Shown piece by piece: positions 27,320 through 37,269 of a stretch of 40,884 nucleotides of DNA. Below the pieces are notes generated by a model that was given only the letters and a program-made list of their open reading frames with translations, did no database searches and was not told the origin of the DNA. A program made the position numbers and the translations under genes. Origin of the DNA: a virus. How positions within the stretch are numbered: the stretch's first letter is position 1; every line of letters starts with the position of its first letter. The DNA lies in UHGV virus genome UHGV-2008032; one strand, written 5' to 3'.

Positions 27320-28540
27320 ATGAAATATTTTTTCAATACCCGGCTGGGGGAAACCCGCTATCAGCTGGCTGACGGCTCGTTGCTGTGCAAAGACGTGCCG
27401 ATAGGACGAACAGGTAAGCAGCTCTATGGTGCTGATGACCTGCCAAAACTGAAACCCGATAAGTTCGGTGAAATAGTCGTCACGCGTTCTCCTGAGCAGG
27501 TATTCCATCCCGCCACGCTTGCCTCATTCGAAGGAATGAGTATCACGGTGTTGCATCCCGAGGATGAAAACGGGGATGTGCGGCTGGTCAACCCCGAGAA
27601 CTGGAAAGAGCTTGCGGTCGGGCATCTTCAGAACGTTCGGCGCGGGACTGGTGATCAGTCTGATTTGATGCTGGCTGACCTTATCGTCAAAGACGAAAGC
27701 GCCATTCAGCTTATCGAAGATGGCCTGCGTGAAGTGTCGTGTGGCTATGACGCGGAGTACGAGCAGACCGAGCCAGGTAAAGCCGAGCAGGTCGATATTA
27801 CCGGAAACCATGTGGCTCTTGTCCCTAAAGGCAGAGCCGGAAATCGTTGTGCAATTGGAGACAGAGACACAATGGCAAATCAAAAGAAAAGCTGGTGGAC
27901 CCGCATGCGCACGGCCATCAAAACGGGTGACGCTGACACCATGAACGAACTGCTGGACTCTGCGCCAGCGGCGGTAACGGGTGACGAAGGGGATCTGCCG
28001 AGCGGCGTTAACCTCAACATTAACCTTTCACCGCAGCAACCATTGCCGGACAAAAAGCCGGAAATGGGCGGAGAGCCAACCGGCGACGGCGAGGACGATA
28101 TCAAAACCTTGCTTAAAGCCCTGCTGGCTAAGCTGGAAGGAAATGCGACGGGCGATAACGACAATAAGCCTGACGATAATCCGACCGGTGACGGCGAGGA
28201 CGATGAAGAGGAAACCACGATTACTGGTGACTCAGCCTGGCGTGCCGAAGTTATCGTTCCGGGTATCGATCTGAGCCGTAAGATGAAACCGACCGCGTTC
28301 AAACGCGAGGTTCTGGCTTCCGCTGACAAAACGCTGGTTCGCCAGATAGTCGGCGATGCGGATATCCGCAAATTGCCGAAACAATCGGTCAACATGGCGT
28401 TTAATGCCGTGTCAGAGATTGCCAAAGGGCGAAACACCCGCAGCACCACGGGCGATGCACAACGTCCAAATATGGGCATGACCAGCATCGCTTCCCTGAA
28501 CAAACAAAACGCCGACTTCTGGTCTAACCGCAAAGGATAA
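27320..28540 (+). CDS. Putative head scaffolding/maturation protein
   Basis: 406 aa with a long acidic low-complexity middle region, between MuF-like and capsid genes. Confidence 0.45.
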   Translation: MKYFFNTRLGETRYQLADGSLLCKDVPIGRTGKQLYGADDLPKLKPDKFGEIVVTRSPEQVFHPATLASFEGMSITVLHPEDENGDVRLVNPENWKELAVGHLQNVRRGTGDQSDLMLADLIVKDESAIQLIEDGLREVSCGYDAEYEQTEPGKAEQVDITGNHVALVPKGRAGNRCAIGDRDTMANQKKSWWTRMRTAIKTGDADTMNELLDSAPAAVTGDEGDLPSGVNLNINLSPQQPLPDKKPEMGGEPTGDGEDDIKTLLKALLAKLEGNATGDNDNKPDDNPTGDGEDDEEETTITGDSAWRAEVIVPGIDLSRKMKPTAFKREVLASADKTLVRQIVGDADIRKLPKQSVNMAFNAVSEIAKGRNTRSTTGDAQRPNMGMTSIASLNKQNADFWSNRKG

Positions 28541-28544
28541 TCCA

Positions 28545-29048
28545 ATGACTGCATATCTGTACCGGATGCCTGTTGGCATTGCCGGGGCTATCTCTCGCCC
28601 GCAGGACTTAACCGTCGAACCGGTGGTCCTTAAATCCGATAACGCCTTTGCTGCCTATGGGCTGGCTGGTAAATACGATGATGACGGTTTTTTCGTGCCG
28701 CTGGAGGACGGTGACACCGCCGACAAGGTGAAGGGGATCTACGTTCGTCCGTATCCGACCACATCGCAGCCAGACATGGTTCGCCAGGTGGGGACGGATA
28801 AGAATTTCCCGGGCGACGCCATGAAACGTGGCTACATGACCGTTAACCTTGGATCTGGCTTCGATGCCAGCACCATCAAAAAAGGTGATCCTGTCTACGT
28901 GGTCGTTTCGCTCGATTCAACCATTGACGTGCCGCTGGGCGGCTTCATGTCCACGTCCGTCAGTGGCAAAAACGTGGCGCTGACCAACGCCGAATTCACA
29001 GGGGCCGGTGACGCTAACGGCAATGCAGAAATCTCCTGGAAGATTTAA
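28545..29048 (+). CDS. Putative capsid decoration or accessory head protein
   Basis: 167 aa immediately upstream of the major capsid gene. Confidence 0.35.
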   Translation: MTAYLYRMPVGIAGAISRPQDLTVEPVVLKSDNAFAAYGLAGKYDDDGFFVPLEDGDTADKVKGIYVRPYPTTSQPDMVRQVGTDKNFPGDAMKRGYMTVNLGSGFDASTIKKGDPVYVVVSLDSTIDVPLGGFMSTSVSGKNVALTNAEFTGAGDANGNAEISWKI

Positions 29049-29059
29049 GGAACAGACGA

Positions 29060-30001
29060 ATGATTACTTTTGATCAGGCAACAGTTGATAGCTCTGGTGC
29101 CTTTCTCATCGGGGAGCTGGAGCGACTCGACCAGACGCTGAACCTGCCACTGGTGGGGTACACCTGGACCCGCGATATCCAACTGCGTGAAGATGTCTCC
29201 ATCGCAGATGACATTTCCAGCTGGACGAATACCAGCTTCGCCGCTGCGGGTACTGGCGCAAATCCGAATGGCAAAAACTGGGTAGGCAAAGACTCAACCG
29301 CTATTGCTGGCGTAAACGTGGATATCGGCAAATCCGGTAACCCGCTGAATCTCTGGGGCATGGAACTGGGCTGGACCGTTGTAGAGCTGGCAGCAGCTCA
29401 GCAGGTAGGTCGCCCGATTGACACCCAGAAGTACGACGGGATGCAGCTCAAATGGCAGATGGACAACGACGAGCAGGTGTATGTTGGCGATTCCGCATTA
29501 AACCTGAAAGGCCTTGTTACCCTGAACGGTGTTCCTGTCAACAACGCTGCCAAAACGTGGGCAACCTCAACACCGGACGAAATCCGCGCAAGCATTAACC
29601 AGGTGCTGTCTGATGCGTGGGCCGCTTCTGGTTACTCTGTGGTTCCGCGTGATTTGCTGATCCCGCCAGAGCAGTTTGCTCTGTTGTCCAGCATCATCGT
29701 TTCATCTGCGGGTAACCAGTCCCTGTTGACGTACCTTCAGACCAACACCATCAGCTATCACCAGAACGGTGTTCCGCTGAATATCCGCGCGGTTAAATGG
29801 CTGAAAGGCCGTGGTGTGGGGAATAAGGATCGCATGGTTGCGTACACCAACGATAAAAAATACGTCCGCTATCCGCTGGTGCCGTTGCAGAGCGTTCCTA
29901 TCCAGTATCGCGGTCTGTATCAGATTGCGACCTACTACGGCAAGCTCGGTGCGGTTGAGCCAGTGTACAAAGAAACCATTTCGTACGTTGATGGCATTTA
30001 A
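29060..30001 (+). CDS. Major capsid protein
   Basis: 313 aa in the expected position; followed by a strong GC hairpin. Confidence 0.6.
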   Translation: MITFDQATVDSSGAFLIGELERLDQTLNLPLVGYTWTRDIQLREDVSIADDISSWTNTSFAAAGTGANPNGKNWVGKDSTAIAGVNVDIGKSGNPLNLWGMELGWTVVELAAAQQVGRPIDTQKYDGMQLKWQMDNDEQVYVGDSALNLKGLVTLNGVPVNNAAKTWATSTPDEIRASINQVLSDAWAASGYSVVPRDLLIPPEQFALLSSIIVSSAGNQSLLTYLQTNTISYHQNGVPLNIRAVKWLKGRGVGNKDRMVAYTNDKKYVRYPLVPLQSVPIQYRGLYQIATYYGKLGAVEPVYKETISYVDGI

Positions 30002-30007
30002 CAGCCA

Positions 30008-30027
30008 TATGGCCCCCTTGCGGGGCC
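30008..30027 (+). promoter_or_regulatory. Stable hairpin just after the capsid gene
   Basis: 8-bp stem ATGGCCCC/GGGGCCAT with loop TTGC; no U-run. Confidence 0.4.
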
Positions 30028-30042
30028 ATTAAGGATGACCCA

Positions 30043-30264
30043 ATGGCAAAAAATAATGCAGTAATACACGTACATACCCCGTTTGTGCTCACGCTTCCCG
30101 ACGGTTCGCGGCGCGAGTTTGTTAAAGGCCGTCATGCAGTGGAGGAAGACGTTGCCACGCACTGGTTCACTCGTGCGCACGCGGAAGTATCCGTTGGCAA
30201 AGCCACAGACGCGCGTAACGAGGTAAAAAATGCCAAAGAATCAAAGTCTGCCAACGGTAAGTGA
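30043..30264 (+). CDS. Small head-associated hypothetical protein
   Basis: 73 aa; AAGGA 8 nt upstream of ATG. Confidence 0.4.
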   Translation: MAKNNAVIHVHTPFVLTLPDGSRREFVKGRHAVEEDVATHWFTRAHAEVSVGKATDARNEVKNAKESKSANGK

Positions 30265-30637
30265 TTTTCGCCGCGACTTCCCGCAGTTTGTTGACCCTGC
30301 CAAATATCCCGAAGCGCAAATCCAGTTTCGTCTGAATCTGGCCGATGAACTGCTGAGCGAAAACGTCACCGGCAAAAAGTTGTTTCCGTACTTTGCCGGG
30401 TTGTTCGTTGCGCACTACATGACGCTCTGGGCGGCAGACAGCAGAGCGATGCTGGCTGGTGGTCCGGGCGGTTCAACCAATGGTGTTCAATCCTCTAAGT
30501 CCGTTGACAAGGTAAGCGTCAGCTATGACACCAGCGCGACGCTGAATCCTGATGCAGGTTTCTGGAATAACACCCGATATGGCGTTGAATTTTATCAGTT
30601 GATCACGATGTTCGGTGCAGGTGGTCGCCAGCTATGA
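30230..30637 (+). CDS. Head-tail connector/adaptor-like protein
   Basis: 135 aa; GAGGT upstream of ATG; position between capsid and tail genes. Confidence 0.4.
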   Translation: MPKNQSLPTVSDFRRDFPQFVDPAKYPEAQIQFRLNLADELLSENVTGKKLFPYFAGLFVAHYMTLWAADSRAMLAGGPGGSTNGVQSSKSVDKVSVSYDTSATLNPDAGFWNNTRYGVEFYQLITMFGAGGRQL

Positions 30638-31188
30638 GTTTCAAAAGCGGTGTAACAACGAGGGTGGATAACGCTAAGGCCATTCTGGATGCGCTCAGGT
30701 CGCTAACCAAAAAGGATGTGCTGGTCGGCATCCCTTCGGAAGACAGCGAGCGTGAAGATGTTCAGTTTGGTAATGCCGGGATCGGCTATGTCAACGAATA
30801 CGGCTCACCAGCGCAAAACATCCCCCCACGCCCGCACCTGACCCCCGGCGTTAAATCGGTAGAGGAACAGACAGTGCCGCAGCTCAAAGCAGCGGCGCAG
30901 GCTGCGCTTGATGGAAATGCGGTGGGGGCGGAAAGAGCGCTCAACCGTGCCGGAACGCTGGCCGCTAATGGCGTCAGGCGTTACATGACTATTACCGGCT
31001 TTACACCGCTTGCTGATAGCACCGTTGAAGCCCGCGCACGTCGAGGTCGCAAAGGGGCGAAAGCTGAGCTTGCCCGACGCGCTGCTGGTGAGTCTCCTGG
31101 AACCGATCTGGTGAAACCGCTAATCGACACCGGGCAATATCGCAGAGCTATTACCCATATTGTGAGGGATAAAGATGCCGACTCTTGA
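30634..31188 (+). CDS. Head-tail joining hypothetical protein
   Basis: 184 aa, overlapping-stop arrangement typical of morphogenesis operons. Confidence 0.4.
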   Translation: MSFKSGVTTRVDNAKAILDALRSLTKKDVLVGIPSEDSEREDVQFGNAGIGYVNEYGSPAQNIPPRPHLTPGVKSVEEQTVPQLKAAAQAALDGNAVGAERALNRAGTLAANGVRRYMTITGFTPLADSTVEARARRGRKGAKAELARRAAGESPGTDLVKPLIDTGQYRRAITHIVRDKDADS

Positions 31189-31561
31189 TGTAACAGACGT
31201 GCTTTTTGACCCCGATTTTTGCGACTTCAACCTGTGGGTAACGCGTCGCGCGCAAACGGTGGACGATGACGGGATCGGCAGCGACAGCGAAGTTAAAACG
31301 CAGTTTGCCGGGGTTGTTACTGTTGACCGCTCCCTGGAAAACCGCCGCATGCAGGCCGGGCAGGTTATCAGCGGCGCGATTCTCATCGTGACAACTGAGC
31401 GGCTGACACAGGGGCAGACTGGCCGTGATGCCGATATCGTGACGTATCAGGGCCGTGATTATCGTGTGACATTCGTCGACCCGTATACCGCTTACGGTGC
31501 TGGCTTCGTCCAGGCGCATTGCGAACTGTTGCCGTTTGATGGGGGTACTCCCGTTGAGTAA
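31175..31561 (+). CDS. Head-tail joining hypothetical protein
   Basis: 128 aa, overlaps neighbours. Confidence 0.4.
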   Translation: MPTLDVTDVLFDPDFCDFNLWVTRRAQTVDDDGIGSDSEVKTQFAGVVTVDRSLENRRMQAGQVISGAILIVTTERLTQGQTGRDADIVTYQGRDYRVTFVDPYTAYGAGFVQAHCELLPFDGGTPVE

Positions 31562-32102
31562 TAACACCAGCACAGAGCGCGGCTGGCTGACACCCACCAG
31601 CGGCGATCCGGCTTATGACGAAGCGCTCGACAGGCTGTTAAGCCAGTGGATGCGTAACGTTTCCGGTCTGTCTGCCGGGATGGTTCGTCCGCGCTGGCAG
31701 AAAAATCAGCCGCCACTGCCACCCGTTGAAACGAACTGGTGCGCGTTTGGCGTTACCGGGTTGCTCATTGATAACAACCCTGCATTCACCGGGCAGACTG
31801 AAGAGGGCGCTCAGCTCTGGAGGCATGAAACGTTCGAGTGCATGGCGTCGTTCTATGGTCCGGCGGGGATGGTGTATGCGTCCCGGTTTCGTGACGGTAT
31901 ATCTGTACCGCAGAACAACGCAGCACTGAATGCGCTGGGGCTGTCTCTTGGCGATTACACAGGTCTGACTCCCTTCCCCGAACTTATCAACCAGCAATGG
32001 GTTCGCCGTTACGACATGACGGTGCGACTGCGCCGGAAGGTTGTCCGCGAGTATGGCATCAAATCGCTGGTGGAAGTGCCAGTCACCTTTTTTGGAGAAT
32101 AA
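31539..32102 (+). CDS. Tail completion-like hypothetical protein (start uncertain)
   Basis: ORF frame from 31497; ATG 31539 or TTG 31554 are the plausible starts. Confidence 0.35.
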   Translation: MGVLPLSNNTSTERGWLTPTSGDPAYDEALDRLLSQWMRNVSGLSAGMVRPRWQKNQPPLPPVETNWCAFGVTGLLIDNNPAFTGQTEEGAQLWRHETFECMASFYGPAGMVYASRFRDGISVPQNNAALNALGLSLGDYTGLTPFPELINQQWVRRYDMTVRLRRKVVREYGIKSLVEVPVTFFGE

Positions 32103-32105
32103 ACT

Positions 32106-33266
32106 ATGACGCAGGGCTTACCTGTATCCAACGTTGTAAACGTTGATGTGATCATCTCGCCGAAAGCGGCTACTGGTCGTAACTTCGGCGCATTGCTAAT
32201 CCTTGGCTCTTCCACTGTCATTCCGGTGACAGAACGTACTCGCCTATATGCTTCCATTGAGGACATTGGCGAAGACTTCGGTGTCGACAGCCCGGAATAT
32301 AAAGCAGCGCAGGTTTTCTTCAGCCAGTCACCGAAGCCGACACAGGTTTATGTTGGTCGCTGGGCGAAGACGCTGAGTTCTTCCGAGAGTGGAGATACTG
32401 AAACTATCGTGCAAGCCGTTAATGCCTGCCTGCAATATACCAACTGGTATGGGCTGGTTGTCGCTGATGATGTTGTCGCTGGTGGCGATGTGCTTGATGC
32501 TGATGACGTGATTGAGGTTGCTAAACTCATCGAAGCGTCCAGCCTGAGCCGCATTTTCGGGGTAACATCTGCTGACGCCGAGATTATCAGCACGACTTCG
32601 ACGACTGATGTTGCGTCGAAATTAAAGGCTGGCAAGTATTCCCGTACCTTTGTTCAGTATTCCACCAGCAGCCCTTATGCGGCTGTTTCAGCTTTCGGTC
32701 GCGCGTTTACTGTCAATTTCAACGGCAGCAATACCACCATTACCCTGAAATTCAAACAGGAACCGAGCGTAACCTACGAAACGCTGACGGTAGGACAGGC
32801 GGCGGCTGTGGATGCGAAGAATGCGAACGTGTTCGTGTACTACGCCAACGACACGGCGATCCTGCAACAGGGCGTCATGGCGAACGGTGACTTCTTCGAC
32901 GAGCGCCACGGGCTCGACTGGTTGCAGAACTACGTTCAGACCAACCTCTATAACCTGCTTTACACCAGCACCACCAAAATTCCGCAGACTGATGCCGGTG
33001 TGACCCGTCTGCTTTCCAACGTTGAACAGTCCATGGATCAGTCCGTCACGAACGGTCTGGTAGCGGCTGGCGTGTGGAATGGTGGACCTATCGGACAGCT
33101 GAATTCCGGCGATACGCTGACCAAAGGTTATTACGTGTATGCGCAACCTCTTTCAGAACAGGCGCAGGCCGACCGAGAAGCTCGCAAAGCACCGTTAATT
33201 CAGGTGGCCTGTAAGCTGGCTGGCGCAGTTCATTATGCCGATGTGCAGATCAACGTGGTTCGCTAA
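32106..33266 (+). CDS. Tail sheath protein
   Basis: 386 aa immediately upstream of the tube gene. Confidence 0.55.
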   Translation: MTQGLPVSNVVNVDVIISPKAATGRNFGALLILGSSTVIPVTERTRLYASIEDIGEDFGVDSPEYKAAQVFFSQSPKPTQVYVGRWAKTLSSSESGDTETIVQAVNACLQYTNWYGLVVADDVVAGGDVLDADDVIEVAKLIEASSLSRIFGVTSADAEIISTTSTTDVASKLKAGKYSRTFVQYSTSSPYAAVSAFGRAFTVNFNGSNTTITLKFKQEPSVTYETLTVGQAAAVDAKNANVFVYYANDTAILQQGVMANGDFFDERHGLDWLQNYVQTNLYNLLYTSTTKIPQTDAGVTRLLSNVEQSMDQSVTNGLVAAGVWNGGPIGQLNSGDTLTKGYYVYAQPLSEQAQADREARKAPLIQVACKLAGAVHYADVQINVVR

Positions 33267-33276
33267 GGAGCGATAA

Positions 33277-33717
33277 ATGGCAACTTATTCTTTTCTCGAT
33301 GTAACCGCGTCGCTCACCGGGCCGACCGGCGTTATCGATCTTGGTCAGGGTTCTGCCAACTCTGAGGAAGGTATCACCCAGACCATGGGCGGCAACAAGA
33401 ACACTATGACCATCGGTGCCGATGGCGAAGTGATGCACAGCCTGCACGCCGATAAGTCAGGCACCATTACGGTGACGCTGCTGAAAACCTCCCCGGTGAA
33501 CAAGAAGCTGTCTCTGGCGTATAACGCGCAAAGCCAGTCCTCTGCCACCTGGGGCAATAACGTGATCGTCATTCGCAACACGGCATCGGGTGATATTTCT
33601 ACTGCGCGTTCGTGCGCATTCCAGAAACAGCCTGATTTCAATAACGCCAAAGAGGGCGGGACTGTTTCCTGGGTGTTCGACTGCGGCAAGATTGACCAGC
33701 TGCTCGGGGAGTTTTAA
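33277..33717 (+). CDS. Tail tube protein
   Basis: 146 aa between sheath and chaperone genes. Confidence 0.55.
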   Translation: MATYSFLDVTASLTGPTGVIDLGQGSANSEEGITQTMGGNKNTMTIGADGEVMHSLHADKSGTITVTLLKTSPVNKKLSLAYNAQSQSSATWGNNVIVIRNTASGDISTARSCAFQKQPDFNNAKEGGTVSWVFDCGKIDQLLGEF

Positions 33718-33720
33718 CGC

Positions 33721-34146
33721 ATGGAATTCGAAATTAAAGGCGTGAAATATCGCACCGCAAAGCTCAGCGTTTTCGAACAGCTGAAGGTGTCCCGCAAGCT
33801 GTTGCCGGTGCTGGCCGGGATGGTTTCTGACTTTCGGAGCGTTCAGGAGAAGATCAGCAGCAAAGACACCGAAGGCGCGATGGCTACCATCCTGCCAAAG
33901 ATTGCCAATGCTGTGTCCGATCTGAGCGATGGCGACGTGGACGCTATCCTGTTCCCCTGCCTTTCCGTTGTTTCACGCGAGCACATGAAAGGCTGGGTGC
34001 CGGTCTGCCAGCATGGCGAAATGGCGTTTGACGATATCGACCTGCTGACCATGCTGCAACTGGTGGCGCGGGTGGTCGCCGACTCGCTGGGAAATTTTTT
34101 GCAAGGACTCCCTACCAGCGAGACGCCCACCCCGCCAGCGGAATAA
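33721..34146 (+). CDS. Tail assembly chaperone (zero-frame product)
   Basis: 141 aa directly upstream of the tape measure gene; contains a slippery heptamer near its 3' end. Confidence 0.6.
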   Translation: MEFEIKGVKYRTAKLSVFEQLKVSRKLLPVLAGMVSDFRSVQEKISSKDTEGAMATILPKIANAVSDLSDGDVDAILFPCLSVVSREHMKGWVPVCQHGEMAFDDIDLLTMLQLVARVVADSLGNFLQGLPTSETPTPPAE

Positions 34147-34334
34147 CCTTCAACAGCCTGCCGGGCGGTGAAGATTTTATTCTTCGTCCGGCGCTTGCCT
34201 TCCAGATTGACCAGAAAGACCTTAACAGCGGTGCGGTAGACCTCTGCCGCATCGCGCTTCTCAATGACTACCTCGACATGCGCGAGGATAACGACGCCCG
34301 GGTAGATAAATGGAGAGCGGCCAATGAGCGGTAA
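34095..34334 (+). other. Programmed -1 frameshift site T_TTT_TTG and -1 frame extension of the tail chaperone
   Basis: Heptamer 34095..34101 in the zero frame (aaT TTT TTG); -1 frame is open from there to TAA 34332..34334, which overlaps the tape measure start. Confidence 0.55.
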
Positions 34335-36339
34335 CGCAGATACGATTAAAGATTTCCTTGTTTCGCTGGGATTCGATATCGATCAGGCTGGCGCTAATAA
34401 GTTTGAAGCCGTGCTGAAAGGCGTTACCGCGAACGTTCTGAAGGTCGGCGCGGTGGTGAAAGGCGCAGCGCTGAGCATTGTCGGATTTACCACCCAGATC
34501 GCGAATGGTCTGGATAAAATTTACTGGGCATCCCAGCGGACGGGGGCCAGCGTCCAGGGCATCAAAGCGCTGGGCTATGCCGCATCGCAAACTGGCGCCA
34601 GCGCTGAGTCGGCCATGTCCTCCCTCGAAGGGTTGGCTGGCTTCATGCGTAGCAATCCGGGGGCGGAAGGGTTCCTGAACCGTCTTGGTGTCCAGACCCG
34701 CGATGCCAGCGGAAAGATGCGTGATACTGCTGCCATCTTTACTGGCGTTGGGCAAAAGCTCAACAACATGCCGTATTACCGCGCGAAGCAATACGCGCAG
34801 ATGCTCGGCATCGATGAAAACACGCTGATGGCGATGCGCAGAGGGATGGGGCAGCTCAGTTCTGAGTACGCGTTGACGGCAAAGCGTATTGGTTTTAATG
34901 CTGAGTCAGCGGCTAAACAGTCCAATATTTTCATGACCTCCATGCGTAATCTGACGATGACGCTTGGACAGGCGAAAGACAAGATTGGCTCTAACCTAGC
35001 TGGTGGCCTTGCTGGCAGCATTGATAACTTCCGCAGGCAGATACTCGACAACTGGCCGAAGATTGAAGCGGTCATCACGAAGATCATCAAAGGAATTCTC
35101 TGGGCAGGTGACGCGATTACCCGCGTGTTATGGCGAACTGGGCAAGCTGTTGAGGGTGTGATCGCCTGGTTCAAAAAGCTGAACCCAGCCACGCAGCAGC
35201 TTATCGCATTGTTCAGTGGGCTGTTGGTTGCATGGCGGCTGCTAAATACCGCTTTCATGTCATCACCCTTGGGCATGATAACGACGCTTATTATTGCACT
35301 TGGTCTGCTCTTTGATGATTACCAGACGTGGAAAGAAGGTGGCAAAAGCCTGATTGACTGGGGGAAATGGAAGACTGAAATTGATCAGGCCGTCAAAATG
35401 ATTGGTGACCTGAAAAAGACTGTTACGGACCTGACAAAAGCGCTGGCTAAGTTGCTCGGTATTGACCCCAAGTCATGGTCCCTAAAGTGGGATTTTAGCA
35501 ACTTCATTTCGCAAATGGGTGAGTTCGGCAAGATGCTGAACATGATCGCCGACCTGCTCAACGCCATTAAAGATGGCCGCTGGGCTGATGCCGCCAGCAT
35601 CGGCAAACAGATGCTTAATCAGGGCAGCGAAAATCCGTCAGCGATGCCGATGGTAACAGACAGCGCCAACGGAACCGCCGACTGGATTAAAGAGCACTGG
35701 GGATTCGATCCTCGCAGCGTGGGCCGAACGGTGCGCGGCTGGTTCGGTGATGATGAGCCTGAACAGCTCGGCCAGTCAGTTAAGCGGCCACAGCCAACCA
35801 AAGCAGGCTCTGAACTGCTGGGATGGATGCAGCCGATGTTTACCAACCTGGAACAGCTCTACCGGCTTCCGGAGGGGTTATTGCGCAGCGTGGCCATAAC
35901 GGAATCGGGCGGTAATCAGTTCGCCGTTTCAGGCGCTGGCGCGAAAGGTCTGTTTCAGTTTATGGATGGCACGGCGCGCGACATGGGCCTGCGTGGCAAT
36001 GATGTATTCGACCCGGAAAAGTCAGCTCAGGCAGCCGCTAAGTACCTCAGCCAGCTGTTGCGGCAGAACGGCGGAGACCTTAGCAAAGCACTGGCATCAT
36101 ATAACTGGGGGATCGGGAATGTTAAGCGTTATGGAATGGGGCTAATGCCGCAGGAAACGCGCAACTACATTCCGAAAGTAATGAGCAATATGCCCACCAG
36201 CGCCCCGGTGATTCAGCAGGAAACGAATATTAACATCCACGGTGTTTCCGATCCGCGTGAAGCTGCCCGTTTGACTGTTGACCGTCAAAAGGGCGTGAAT
36301 TCACAGTTAACCCAGCAACTCCCCGCAGGACCGAGATAA
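34324..36339 (+). CDS. Tail tape measure protein with C-terminal lytic transglycosylase-like domain
   Basis: 671 aa; central hydrophobic segments; C-terminal ...ITESGGNQFAVSGAGAKGLFQFMDGTARDMGL...NWGIGN... SLT-like. Confidence 0.75.
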   Translation: MSGNADTIKDFLVSLGFDIDQAGANKFEAVLKGVTANVLKVGAVVKGAALSIVGFTTQIANGLDKIYWASQRTGASVQGIKALGYAASQTGASAESAMSSLEGLAGFMRSNPGAEGFLNRLGVQTRDASGKMRDTAAIFTGVGQKLNNMPYYRAKQYAQMLGIDENTLMAMRRGMGQLSSEYALTAKRIGFNAESAAKQSNIFMTSMRNLTMTLGQAKDKIGSNLAGGLAGSIDNFRRQILDNWPKIEAVITKIIKGILWAGDAITRVLWRTGQAVEGVIAWFKKLNPATQQLIALFSGLLVAWRLLNTAFMSSPLGMITTLIIALGLLFDDYQTWKEGGKSLIDWGKWKTEIDQAVKMIGDLKKTVTDLTKALAKLLGIDPKSWSLKWDFSNFISQMGEFGKMLNMIADLLNAIKDGRWADAASIGKQMLNQGSENPSAMPMVTDSANGTADWIKEHWGFDPRSVGRTVRGWFGDDEPEQLGQSVKRPQPTKAGSELLGWMQPMFTNLEQLYRLPEGLLRSVAITESGGNQFAVSGAGAKGLFQFMDGTARDMGLRGNDVFDPEKSAQAAAKYLSQLLRQNGGDLSKALASYNWGIGNVKRYGMGLMPQETRNYIPKVMSNMPTSAPVIQQETNINIHGVSDPREAARLTVDRQKGVNSQLTQQLPAGPR

Positions 36340-36965
36340 TGGATATTTTATCAGCGATTTTTCGCCAGCAATCCCGGCGAATTGGCCTGCTGATCCCCAG
36401 CGTGGTCGTCTCCGAAAAGCATTCTGATGCGCTCGAAATTACTGAGCATCCGGTGGAGAAGCCAACAACGAATAGCGCGTCGGGTTTCATCGCCGATCAT
36501 GCGTATAAGCGTCCCAGCGAAGTCACAATGGAATGCGGCTTTGCTGGTGGCGGTTCGTTGCTGGACTTCATCGATACATCTTCAATCGGCCTCAGCGCCG
36601 GGCTTAGCCCAAAAGAAACATACCAAAAGCTGCTGGATATGCAGCTTGAGCGCGTGCCATTCGATGTGGTTACCGGGAAGAGGGTGTACACCAATATGCT
36701 GGTGCGTGCCATTGAGGTGACGACCGATAAAACCAGCGAGAACGTGCTGAACTGCACGCTTACCCTGCGTGAAGTCATCATAACGCATACAAAAAATGTC
36801 ACCGTTGCTGATAAATCCGATATGCAGGACGGGGTTAGTACATCTGCGGTGCAGAATTCCGGGACTAAATCCACCACCCCAGTAAATGAATCGGTAATTA
36901 AGTCAACAGGGTGGTTTGATGGACTAAAAGGAACCAGTCTTGGTAACTCTATAGGTATCCAATGA
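36339..36965 (+). CDS. Tail/baseplate assembly protein (hypothetical)
   Basis: 208 aa, follows the tape measure gene. Confidence 0.35.
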   Translation: MDILSAIFRQQSRRIGLLIPSVVVSEKHSDALEITEHPVEKPTTNSASGFIADHAYKRPSEVTMECGFAGGGSLLDFIDTSSIGLSAGLSPKETYQKLLDMQLERVPFDVVTGKRVYTNMLVRAIEVTTDKTSENVLNCTLTLREVIITHTKNVTVADKSDMQDGVSTSAVQNSGTKSTTPVNESVIKSTGWFDGLKGTSLGNSIGIQ

Positions 36966-37267
36966 ATGTAACTGAAATCCCTTTATCGCCGGATAACCAG
37001 CTATTTCGCATTCAGTTAGCAGAGACAACATACACGCTGAGAGTCATTTGGCGTGATTCTGCTGGCTGGATTCTGGATGTACAAGATAGCAGTGGCGAAC
37101 CGCTTCTTTCTGGCGTGCCGCTGGTAACCGGTGTAAATCTTCTTGAGCAATATCCTCAACTAGGTATTAACGGGGCGCTGCTCGTTGGCTGCGATGTAGG
37201 CGCACCGGACGAGCCCACCAAAACCAACCTCGGCACATACAGCCACCTCATTTTCGTGCAGGAGTAG
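36962..37267 (+). CDS. Tail/baseplate assembly protein (hypothetical)
   Basis: 101 aa, overlapping-stop arrangement. Confidence 0.35.
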   Translation: MNVTEIPLSPDNQLFRIQLAETTYTLRVIWRDSAGWILDVQDSSGEPLLSGVPLVTGVNLLEQYPQLGINGALLVGCDVGAPDEPTKTNLGTYSHLIFVQE

Positions 37268-37269
37268 AA

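Noticed and set aside
27880-28554. 224-aa minus-strand ORF antisense to the scaffold-like gene
   Set aside because: Ser/Pro-rich junk-like translation opposite the acidic repeat region of the plus-strand gene.
34261-34791. 176-aa minus-strand ORF overlapping the tape measure 5' region
   Set aside because: Antisense to the tape measure gene and the frameshift extension; no supporting signals.
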